From the NCBI RefSeq assembly GCF_003945235.1, contig NZ_RSDW01000001.1, forward strand, positions 5,190,001 through 5,222,000: a DNA stretch of 32,000 nucleotides, given 5' to 3'. This document shows, piece by piece, positions 22,582 through 30,398 of this stretch. The stretch's first letter is position 1. Each line of letters begins with the position of its first letter. The position numbers and the translations under genes are program-made. This stretch comes from Edaphobacter aggregans (GTDB taxonomy: Bacteria > Acidobacteriota > Terriglobia > Terriglobales > Acidobacteriaceae). The notes under the pieces are model-generated. The model was not told the DNA's origin. It was given only the letters and a program-made list of their open reading frames with translations, and made no database searches.

Positions 22582-24309
22582 CTACCAGAAGATCAAATTC
22601 AGAATAAAGAAGACGACGATCACTACGATCGCCCAGAAGATCGGCTTTTCCCACAACGTCTTCGATCCATCGTGAGGAATTGGCGTCACGCCGTAGACAA
22701 GGCCTGCAAGCTTCTCCTCGGGTACAGGTTTCGTCACCATACTTACAACGACGGTAACGCCCACGCAGATCAGCCAACTCCAAAGCGCGCGATACAGATT
22801 CTCCGCCATGCTCTGCGCATTGGGGCTCAGCGCGATATATCGCAGAGCCGTAGGATCCTTCTGCACCCAAGCCCACATGCCGATCGACGAAGCTGTTCCA
22901 GCCAACAGGCCAAGAAATCCGCCCCAATGAGTCGCTCGTTTCCAGAGCATCCCCAGAATTACGGTTCCAAACAGCGGAGCGATAAAGAAGCTGAACAGCG
23001 CCTGCACATAGTCCATGATGCTGGCCGCATTCATCACCAGATAAGCAGTTGCGATGCTGACCAACATGCCGATCACCGTCGACCAGCGGCCCATCGAAAC
23101 ATAATGCTTATCGTCGGCCTTCTTATTGATAAACGCCCCATAGATGTCATACGTCCACACCGTCGAGAATGCGCTCACATTACCCGCCATGCCGCTCATA
23201 AAGCCTGCAACTAGAGCCGTAATTCCCAGCCCCAGCAGTCCAGGTCCGCAGTAGCGAATCAGCATCAAAGGAAGCACTTCGTTATAGCTGTGCTGGCCCG
23301 TCGTCGCTGCGACACTCTCAGGAACAAGGTGCATCAGGCTTCCATCAGGATTCTTCAACACAGCAAGCGCCAGCAGTCCCGGCACAATAACGATCAGCGG
23401 CACCGCCATTTTGAAAGCTGCGCCGATCACAGGAGCCAGCTTCGCCGCGCGCAGATTGTTTGCGCTCAGTACTCGCTGCACCACCAGGAAGTCCGTCGTC
23501 CAGTATCCAAAGCTGATCACGAACCCAAGCCCAAACACGATCCCTGTCCAGTGCACGCCCATGGGATTGTCCTTGAAGCTTCCGAGCGTGCTCCACATAT
23601 GCGTGTAGTCGCTGCTACCTACATTCACCGCGATTTGCGCTTTGAGCTTCGTCCATCCGCCGGCTTCGATCAGGCCGAGAATCGGAATCATCGCTGCGCC
23701 GGCCCAGATCAAGACGAACTGCAGCACTTCATTGATGATGGCCGATCGCAATCCGCCCAGCATGACATACAGCGCCACGGTTGCCGCGCCCACCCAGATA
23801 CTGAAGCTGATGTTCCATCCAAGCACTGTCTTCATCACCAGCGCCATGGCGTACATATTCACGCCACTCATCAGGATCGTCATTACCGCAAACGATACTG
23901 CCGACAAGCCTCGGGCACCCTCGCCAAAGCGAAGCTGCAGATACCCGGGCACCGAGTGCGTCTTCGAGATGTAATAGAACGGCATCATCACGATGCCCAG
24001 AAACAGCATCGCCGGTATCGCGCCGATCCAGTACCAATGCGCCGCCAGGATGCCGTACTGATAGGCCGCTCCAGCCCACCCCATCAGCTCCAGCGACCCC
24101 AGATTCGCGGACACAAAACTCAGCCCCGCGATCCAGGCGGTCATCTCGCGCCCTGCGAGAAAGAAGTCTTCACTCGTGTTCGCCTTGCCCTTGGCGTAGA
24201 AGCCAATAAAGACGACCAGCGCGAAGTACAGAACGAGAATTAAAATGTCGACCGGTGCCAGCCTGGTCAACTGTTGGCCCATCAGCAGGAGAGCAGCAAA
24301 CGATATCAT
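22582..24309 (-). CDS. Sodium:solute symporter (SSS family, SGLT-like)
   Basis: 575 aa, polytopic. SSS-type N-terminal blocks are present (DFFLAGREMTAWIAGLSFVSANLGSLELMGWAGAAYQYGI and VPGYLQLRFG), and hydrophobic helices continue throughout. Confidence 0.88.
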   Translation of the reverse strand: MISFAALLLMGQQLTRLAPVDILILVLYFALVVFIGFYAKGKANTSEDFFLAGREMTAWIAGLSFVSANLGSLELMGWAGAAYQYGILAAHWYWIGAIPAMLFLGIVMMPFYYISKTHSVPGYLQLRFGEGARGLSAVSFAVMTILMSGVNMYAMALVMKTVLGWNISFSIWVGAATVALYVMLGGLRSAIINEVLQFVLIWAGAAMIPILGLIEAGGWTKLKAQIAVNVGSSDYTHMWSTLGSFKDNPMGVHWTGIVFGLGFVISFGYWTTDFLVVQRVLSANNLRAAKLAPVIGAAFKMAVPLIVIVPGLLALAVLKNPDGSLMHLVPESVAATTGQHSYNEVLPLMLIRYCGPGLLGLGITALVAGFMSGMAGNVSAFSTVWTYDIYGAFINKKADDKHYVSMGRWSTVIGMLVSIATAYLVMNAASIMDYVQALFSFFIAPLFGTVILGMLWKRATHWGGFLGLLAGTASSIGMWAWVQKDPTALRYIALSPNAQSMAENLYRALWSWLICVGVTVVVSMVTKPVPEEKLAGLVYGVTPIPHDGSKTLWEKPIFWAIVVIVVFFILNLIFW

Positions 24310-24614
24310 TCAGTCTTTGGGTAAACGTTCCCTGCAGCGCTGATGCTGCCGACCCGTCTACATCCTTCCCTTAATCTAACTTTGCATTGATTGAAGAGCT
24401 CCCCTGCAACCTCACAAGACAAAGCCCAATCGATGCAACTATACAACAATAGATTCGTAAGGCGCACTGAAGAAATTCGATTTTGCTGGGAGCACTCCTA
24501 ATCGCAGCAAATTCGTCGATATGGCCATCTTCCATGTGGAATCGATTTCAGATATCTTTCTGGATGAAAACAATTGCCGGGCATCAATCTGGTTCGCATC
24601 GAAAGGAGAAATTT

Positions 24615-24947
24615 ATGAAAGCTTTCAGGCTCGGCCCTATCGCCGTCGCCGCCGTGCTCGTCGCCGGCAGTCTAGCCATCGCCCAGGACGTGAAACAGGA
24701 CGTCAAAAGCGCAGGTACCGACACCAAAAATGCCGCCAAAGATACAGGCCATGACGTATCGAAGGGAACCCAAAAGGCTTATCACAAGACCGTCAGTGGC
24801 ACGAAAACCGCTGCAGACAAGACCGCCGAAGGCACCAAGACCGCCGCAGATAAGACGGCAGACGCCACCAAGACTGCTGCGCACAAAACTTCGACCACTA
24901 CAAAAAAGACCGTCGACAAAGTTGAGGGCAAACCCGCCCCGCAATAA
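24615..24947 (+). CDS. Small secreted Lys/Thr/Ala-rich protein with 11-residue repeats (LEA-3 / apolipoprotein-like periodicity)
   Basis: The track ORF starts at 24483. I prefer ATG 24615 (AAGGAG 6 nt upstream). The signal is MKAFRLGPIAVAAVLVAGSLAIAQ. The mature part is DVKQDVKSAGTDTKNAAKDTGHDVSKGTQKAYHKTVS GTKTAADKTAE GTKTAADKTAD ATKTAAHKTST TTKKTVDKVEGKPAPQ. Confidence 0.7.
   Translation: MKAFRLGPIAVAAVLVAGSLAIAQDVKQDVKSAGTDTKNAAKDTGHDVSKGTQKAYHKTVSGTKTAADKTAEGTKTAADKTADATKTAAHKTSTTTKKTVDKVEGKPAPQ
24798..24896 (+). repeat. Three imperfect 33-bp tandem repeats inside the small secreted protein gene
   Basis: Unit 1 (24798-24830) is ggcacgaaaaccgctgcagacaagaccgccgaa. Unit 2 (24831-24863) is ggcaccaagaccgccgcagataagacggcagac. 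Unit 3 (24864-24896) is gccaccaagactgctgcgcacaaaacttcgacc. The units differ largely at synonymous positions. Confidence 0.85.
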
Positions 24948-25034
24948 GCCAAGCTAGACATCGACGTGCGGAGTCGTCTCCACCCTAAGATGGAGGCGCT
25001 GCTGGTCACCGCCCAGCTACACTGAGCAGCGCCT

Positions 25035-25559
25035 ATGCTGAATCTCCGTTCGCTATGCACAACCCTTGTTCTCTGCCTGCTAGTCGCCTCAGCGCAGGGC
25101 AAGCGAGCTCCCAATCTTGAGCTCAAAGACTTCTCCGGCAATAAGCAGAAGCTCGACTCTCTTCACGGCTCCATCGCCGTAGTCAGCTTCTGGGCAACGT
25201 GGTGCGCTCCTTGCCGCGACGAACTCCCTCGCTTATCGAAACTCACTCAGGAGTATTCCCCCAGTGGTGTCCGCTTCGTCGCCATCTCCATTGACGAGCC
25301 GAAAGACCGCGCCAAAGTGGCCCCGTACGTAGCCGAGCAAAAGCTGGCGATGGACATCTGGGTCGGCGGAGACACCGACATGATGGCCCGTGTCGGCCTG
25401 GGCGACATCGTCCCCGGCACCATCATCCTCGATCAGCAGGGCGAGATCATCGGCCGCATCATGGGCGAAGCCCGCGAAGAAGACATTCGGGCACGCATCG
25501 AATGGCTCCGCAATGGCAAACAAGGAGACACCCCCGAGCCCCTCACCAAGCGTTACTAA
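25035..25559 (+). CDS. TlpA/ResA-like periplasmic thiol:disulfide oxidoreductase (thioredoxin fold)
   Basis: 174 aa with a signal peptide (MLNLRSLCTTLVLCLLVASAQG). It carries the redoxin motif VVSFWATWCAPCRDELP. Confidence 0.85.
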   Translation: MLNLRSLCTTLVLCLLVASAQGKRAPNLELKDFSGNKQKLDSLHGSIAVVSFWATWCAPCRDELPRLSKLTQEYSPSGVRFVAISIDEPKDRAKVAPYVAEQKLAMDIWVGGDTDMMARVGLGDIVPGTIILDQQGEIIGRIMGEAREEDIRARIEWLRNGKQGDTPEPLTKRY

Positions 25560-25562
25560 CCA

Positions 25563-26519
25563 TCAGCCGCGAACAGTCACACCATCAGTCGGACGAGGCC
25601 ACACCACAGCAGCCGCCAGCGTCACCAGCGCCACCCAGTACATATCCGCTCCCAGCAGATGGATAATCTGCATCCATACCGGCGCCAGCAGCAGAACATC
25701 GGCCAACCCCAAAGCAAACTGAAACCCTAGCAATCCAACGACAATCATTGCTAGCCGCCCTGCACCAGCCCGCCTTGCCTGCGCGACCAGCCAAAGCACA
25801 AACCCCGCAGCAATCACGGCGCTCACCGGATGCACCCCCCGCAACCGCAGCAACCAAGGTGACCCGCTCGCAAAATCCTGCTCCATCGCCATCCGCAGCG
25901 AAGAAGCAGGGAACAGCGTATCCCCCAGCGCCGCAAGCGATCCACTTACCCCAACCACCAGCGTAGCCGCCAGCCCGATCACAGCCCACAAAGCATTCTT
26001 ACCCCGCAGTCGCAGCTCACTCCGCATCTGCCCGGTCCCCAGCAGCCGAGCCGTCAGCGTAAGCGCAGCCAGTAGCAACAGCGTGTTGCTCAGGTGGATC
26101 GACAGCACCACCACCCGTCCCATCGATTGATTGCCGGTAACATAACCCAGCTTTACCAGCAGCGCGCCTAGCAAAGCCTCATTCAGTAACAGCACCATCG
26201 ACGCCACGGCCATCACCCGAGCCGCCTGTCCCTTCACCGTCGCGCGGAACGTCCACACCAGCAGTCCAATCACAGCAAACGTAGCTCCACCCGTCATGCA
26301 CCGGTGCGTGAACTCGATCACGGTATCCACACGCGGCGCAAGCGGAATCACCTGTCCATTGCACAGCGGCCAGTGATTCCCACATCCAGCCCCAGACCCC
26401 GTAGCCCGCACCAGCGCCCCCCACAGGATCACCAGTACGTTGTATCCCACGACCCCCCAGGCAAACCGCACCGCAGCCCGCGAAGCACCTTTTACCGAGA
26501 CTGCTGGTGTTGTAGCCAT
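25563..26519 (-). CDS. ctaA: Heme A synthase (COX15/CtaA family)
   Basis: 318 aa, polytopic. It has the GSGAGCGNHWPLCNG Cys pair and conserved His-containing helices (EFTHRCMTG, HLSNTLL, HPVSAV, IIHLLGA). Confidence 0.85.
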   Translation of the reverse strand: MATTPAVSVKGASRAAVRFAWGVVGYNVLVILWGALVRATGSGAGCGNHWPLCNGQVIPLAPRVDTVIEFTHRCMTGGATFAVIGLLVWTFRATVKGQAARVMAVASMVLLLNEALLGALLVKLGYVTGNQSMGRVVVLSIHLSNTLLLLAALTLTARLLGTGQMRSELRLRGKNALWAVIGLAATLVVGVSGSLAALGDTLFPASSLRMAMEQDFASGSPWLLRLRGVHPVSAVIAAGFVLWLVAQARRAGAGRLAMIVVGLLGFQFALGLADVLLLAPVWMQIIHLLGADMYWVALVTLAAAVVWPRPTDGVTVRG

Positions 26520-26540
26520 ATCTCCATTCTACTGTTCAGA

Positions 26541-26567
26541 CAAACGAAAAGGCCCCGCAAGGAGGCC
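26541..26567 (-). terminator. Probable rho-independent terminator after proC
   Basis: The minus-strand RNA is GGCCUC-CUUGC-GGGGCC (6 bp including one G-U pair) followed by UUUUCGUUUG. It begins 24 nt after the proC stop and ends only ~22 nt before the ctaA start codon. Confidence 0.5.
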
Positions 26568-26590
26568 TCTCCCATTCGAACAAGGAAGAA

Positions 26591-27445
26591 CTACCCGCTA
26601 GCCAACTCCTTAGCACGCTGAGTAGCCCGCTTCACCGCCTTGATCAGCGTCACGCGCAGCCCACCCTCTTCCAATTCCAGAATCCCATCGACAGTGCACC
26701 CCGCCGGAGTCGTCACCGCATCCTTCAGCAGCGCCGGGTGATACCCGGTCTCAAGGACCATCCGTGCCGAACCCAGCGTCGTCTGCGCGGCCAGCAGCGT
26801 CGCCACATCGCGCGGCAGGCCAACATTCACACCCGCCTCAGCCAGCGCCTCGATGATGATGTACAAGAATGCCGGCCCCGAGCCCGAAAGCCCCGTCACC
26901 GCATCCATGTGCTTCTCATCGACAACAACCGTACGCCCAACCGTCTGAAAGATCCGCTGAGCCACGGCCATCTGCTCGGCCGAAACAAACCGCCCCGCAC
27001 AAAGCGCGGTAATACCCGCAGCCAGCATCGCAGGCGTATTCGGCATGGCCCGAATCACCGCCAGCTCACACCCCGCGCCATCCTCAATGCTCTGAGTCTT
27101 CACCGAAGCGGCAAACGACAGCACGACCTTCTCCGCCGACAGCGCCGGCTTGATCTCCTCAATCAGCGCAGGAACCTGAATTGGCTTCACGCCCAGCAGA
27201 ATCACGTCCGCCTGCCTCGCCGCGGCCAGGTTATCCGTCGTCACATCGAGCCCAAACTGCGCCGAAAGCGCCTGCGCCCGTTCCGCATGATGCACCGTGG
27301 CAAAAATTTGCTCCGGAGCCAGCAGGTTGTTCTTCAGGAAGGCCTGCAGCAGAATGCCGCCCATCTTGCCCGTGCCGAGAATCGCTACCTTCAACCCCGG
27401 CATCGAAGGAGCCGGAGCCAGAACCTCATACGTTTCTTCGCTCAT
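26591..27445 (-). CDS. proC: Pyrroline-5-carboxylate reductase
   Basis: 284 aa. The Rossmann motif is KVAILGTGKMGGILLQAF. P5CR C-terminal blocks are present: RAMPNTPAMLAAGITAL, VTGLSGSGPAFLYIIIEALAEAGV, VTTPAGCTVDGILELEEGGLR. An alternative start is Met15. Confidence 0.92.
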   Translation of the reverse strand: MSEETYEVLAPAPSMPGLKVAILGTGKMGGILLQAFLKNNLLAPEQIFATVHHAERAQALSAQFGLDVTTDNLAAARQADVILLGVKPIQVPALIEEIKPALSAEKVVLSFAASVKTQSIEDGAGCELAVIRAMPNTPAMLAAGITALCAGRFVSAEQMAVAQRIFQTVGRTVVVDEKHMDAVTGLSGSGPAFLYIIIEALAEAGVNVGLPRDVATLLAAQTTLGSARMVLETGYHPALLKDAVTTPAGCTVDGILELEEGGLRVTLIKAVKRATQRAKELASG

Positions 27446-27466
27446 CCCAAAAGGCTATCAGACGCG

Positions 27467-29290
27467 CTATCCAACCACCTTCTTCTGCGCGGCAATCCAC
27501 GCATCCACGCGCTGCTCCAGGACATCCATCGGCAAAGCCCCCGCATCCAGCACCACATCGTGGAAGGCCTTCAGATCGAACTTCGCACCCAGCGCCGTCT
27601 GAGCCCTCTGCCGCAGTTCCAGAATCTTCAGTTGACCCATCTTGTAGCCCAGAGCCTGTCCCGGCCACGCAATGTAGCGGTCGACCTCAGCCTGAATATT
27701 CGTCTCATCAATCGCCGAGTGCTCGCGGAAGAAGTCCACCATCTGCTCTCGCGTCCAGTGCTTCGCATGAACACCCGTGTCGACCACCAGCCGGATCGCC
27801 CGCCATGTATCGTTCTCCAGCCGTCCGTAGTCGCTGTAGGGGTCCTGATAGAACCCTATCTCCTTACCGAGCCGCTCGCTGTACAGTCCCCACCCCTCGG
27901 TGTACGCCGTGTAGTACTCCTGCTTACGAAACTCCGGCAGTCCGGTCAGCTCCTGCGCAATCGAGATCTGCAGATGATGCCCCGGAACTCCCTCGTGATA
28001 CGCCACCGCCTCCACCGGAGCCATCGACCGATCTGCGAAGTTGTACGTGTTCACATCCACACGACCCGGCCGCTTGCCATCCGGACTCCCCTGGTCATAA
28101 AACGCCGCCGCTTGGTCCTTCTCAATGTACGAAGGCATCGCCACAACCTCAACCTTCGCCTTCGGTAGAGTCCCGAATAGACCGGGCAGCTTAGGCTCCA
28201 TCTGCGCAATGTATCCCTTGTACGCATCGAGCAAAGCCTCCTTCGAAGCCGGATGTTCCTTAGGATTCGCCTGCAACGCCGCTCGAAAACTCTTCAGGTC
28301 GGGATACCCGAGCTTATGCACGATCGCCAGCATCTCGGCCTCATTGCGCTTCACCTCATCCAACCCGATCTGGTGAATCTCCTCAGCCGATTTATTCAGC
28401 GTAGTGCTCTGCCGAATCCGATACGCATAATATGCATCTCCATCCGGTAGCGCCCACACTCCCGCATCTTTTCTCCCCGCCGGGATATACGCCACCTTCA
28501 GAAACTTCGCGAACCGCTGATAAGCAGGCAGCACCTGCGTCGAAATCGCCTCCATCAACTCGCCCGAGATCCGCTTCTGATCCGCCGCACTTATCGTTGC
28601 CGGAAATTTCTTCAACGGCCTCGCAAACGGACTCTCCTCCGGCTTCTGATCCGCCAGCGTCTGCGTCTGCACCAGAACCTTCTCCAGCAAATACTTCGGC
28701 GGCATGCGGCCCTCATCCATACCGAGCTGCATATTCGTCATAATCTGCGAGAAGGCCGTCGGAATCTTCTTCAGCCGCGCAATATAGTCGTCATAATCCT
28801 TCACGGTCTCGAACGAAAGATTCTCGACCATCCGGGGCATCTCCGTATGGAAGCCGCCGAACTGATTCACCGGCATCTGCCACTCTTTGAACTTCGCGCC
28901 CTCCTGCTCATCAATCAGGTCTCGCAGCATCAGCTTTGCCGACAGTTGCTCCTGCTCCGTCAACCCGGTCGTGTCGATCTCACTCAACCGCTCAATAAAC
29001 CCGCGCCCCCGTTCCAGCGAAGCATTCACCGCCTGCACCGAGTAGTCCGTAAGCTGATCGTTATACCGCTTATCACCCAGATAAGAGGCATACTCCGGCG
29101 CGTGCTTCAGCCTGTCTTCCCAAATCTCCGCGAACAGCTTCGACAGCGCCTTGCTCCGATCCGCAACCGAGGTCGGCCCGACAGCGGGCACTCCACGCAC
29201 GGGAGCCTGAACCTGGGCCACCGCATTCACCCCGTTGATACAACCTGAAATCGTCAATCCACAAACCAGCGCTAGCGAAACCGTCTTCAT
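27467..29290 (-). CDS. DUF885-family lipoprotein (putative metallopeptidase-like fold)
   Basis: 607 aa. The lipoprotein signal is MKTVSLALVCGLTISGC. The DUF885 hallmark is AVAYHEGVPGHHLQ. The family's function is not established. Confidence 0.8.
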   Translation of the reverse strand: MKTVSLALVCGLTISGCINGVNAVAQVQAPVRGVPAVGPTSVADRSKALSKLFAEIWEDRLKHAPEYASYLGDKRYNDQLTDYSVQAVNASLERGRGFIERLSEIDTTGLTEQEQLSAKLMLRDLIDEQEGAKFKEWQMPVNQFGGFHTEMPRMVENLSFETVKDYDDYIARLKKIPTAFSQIMTNMQLGMDEGRMPPKYLLEKVLVQTQTLADQKPEESPFARPLKKFPATISAADQKRISGELMEAISTQVLPAYQRFAKFLKVAYIPAGRKDAGVWALPDGDAYYAYRIRQSTTLNKSAEEIHQIGLDEVKRNEAEMLAIVHKLGYPDLKSFRAALQANPKEHPASKEALLDAYKGYIAQMEPKLPGLFGTLPKAKVEVVAMPSYIEKDQAAAFYDQGSPDGKRPGRVDVNTYNFADRSMAPVEAVAYHEGVPGHHLQISIAQELTGLPEFRKQEYYTAYTEGWGLYSERLGKEIGFYQDPYSDYGRLENDTWRAIRLVVDTGVHAKHWTREQMVDFFREHSAIDETNIQAEVDRYIAWPGQALGYKMGQLKILELRQRAQTALGAKFDLKAFHDVVLDAGALPMDVLEQRVDAWIAAQKKVVG

Positions 29291-29358
29291 CCAAAACCTC
29301 GTACGTCTTCGCTAGTTTACCGTGTGGACGCAGTGAAGACGCGGTTATCGCCAATGCT

Positions 29359-30291
29359 TCAACTATGCTCCGAACACCCCTCCAGCATCCGGTAGAGCGT
29401 CGACCGGCTGATCCCCAGCATCTCCGCCGCTCGCAACTTATTGCCCGCACAGCTCTTCAGCACCTGAAACACATGCCGTTCCACCACATCCTGCAACCGC
29501 GTCGGCACATCCGGGCGGTTCATCTCCGGACTCACACCACACATCTCCCGAAGCGAAGTCAGATGGTCGTTCTCAAGCATCTGGCCGTCACACTGCAGCA
29601 CGCCGTTGCGCAACACGTTCTCTATCTCACGAACATTCCCGGGCCATCCATGCGCCAGCAGCCGCTCCATCGCGCCGTTGGAGATCCTCTCCACATCTTT
29701 TCCATACAGACTCGAGAACCGCTTCAAGAAACTCATCGCCAGCCCCGGAATATCCTCCGCCCGTTCCCGCAGAGGTTCCAGCACAATCTCCACCATGGCG
29801 ATCCGATAGTACAAATCCTGCCGGAAGCGCCCTGATGCCGTCAGCACCTGAAGATCCTGATTCGCCGAAGCAATCATCCGCGTGCCCAGCTTCGGCTCGA
29901 TGGCCCGCACCAACCGGCTCTGTGCAGATAAAGGCATCTCCTCAATCCCATCAAAGAACAGCGTGCCGCGACGCGCTGTCCGCATCAATTCGCGAATCCG
30001 ATCCTCGTCACTATCGTCCAGAGCCGCAGAATGACACACCACAAACGGCCCCTCCCGATCCATGCTGCAGCCATGCAGAGTCCGGGCGACCAGCTCCTTG
30101 CCAGTCCCCATCTCACCTCGCACGAGCACTGTCCGAAAGTGTGGTCCGATCCGGTCCACCTGCATGCGCAGCCGCCGCATCGCCACACTGTCCCCAACCA
30201 TCTCGAAGCACGGAAGCTCCGCAGCGAGCCCATGTGGTTCCTCAAAACGGGCAGGCGCAACGCCGGAAAGGGAATAGCTGGAAGTCGACAT
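29359..30291 (-). CDS. Degenerate sigma54-activator-like (AAA+ plus Fis-type HTH) transcriptional regulator with no sensor domain
   Basis: 310 aa. Walker A is GEMGTGKE. The Walker-B position reads LFFDGIEE, i.e. DG instead of DE. No GAFTGA motif is present. QDLYYRI and GNVREIEN are retained. The C-terminal HTH is NKLRAAEMLGISRSTLYRML. Confidence 0.8.
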   Translation of the reverse strand: MSTSSYSLSGVAPARFEEPHGLAAELPCFEMVGDSVAMRRLRMQVDRIGPHFRTVLVRGEMGTGKELVARTLHGCSMDREGPFVVCHSAALDDSDEDRIRELMRTARRGTLFFDGIEEMPLSAQSRLVRAIEPKLGTRMIASANQDLQVLTASGRFRQDLYYRIAMVEIVLEPLRERAEDIPGLAMSFLKRFSSLYGKDVERISNGAMERLLAHGWPGNVREIENVLRNGVLQCDGQMLENDHLTSLREMCGVSPEMNRPDVPTRLQDVVERHVFQVLKSCAGNKLRAAEMLGISRSTLYRMLEGCSEHS

Positions 30292-30333
30292 GATTATTCC
30301 CTACATCGGCAGATCCAGCCTTCAGGTGAGTCC

Positions 30334-30376
30334 GAAAAACAACAAAGCCGGACACCGCATTGCAGCAGTGTCCGGC
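30334..30376 (-). terminator. Rho-independent terminator after the bacilliredoxin gene
   Basis: Perfect 9-bp stem GCCGGACAC (30347-30355) / GTGTCCGGC (30368-30376) with a 12-nt loop. On the minus strand it is followed by TTTGTTGTTTTTC. Confidence 0.8.
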
Positions 30377-30398
30377 TCAGTCTCGAATCAGTTGTCTT

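Noticed and set aside
21019-24243. 262-aa (21019..21807), 173-aa (21823..22344) and 317-aa (23290..24243) plus-strand ORFs
   Set aside because: They are antisense to the isomerase-like and symporter genes, Arg/His-rich and low-complexity. The opposite-strand products have strong family signatures.
26738-28194. 476-aa and 337-aa plus-strand ORFs
   Set aside because: They are antisense to proC and the DUF885 gene. They have extreme Arg/Pro/Ser/His bias and no domain signatures, so they are shadow ORFs.
29291-29358. CGTCTTC...GAAGACG inverted repeat between the regulator and the DUF885 gene as a terminator
   Set aside because: The stem is only 7 bp with a ~24-nt loop and no U-tract on the minus strand. 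This is not convincing as a terminator or an operator.
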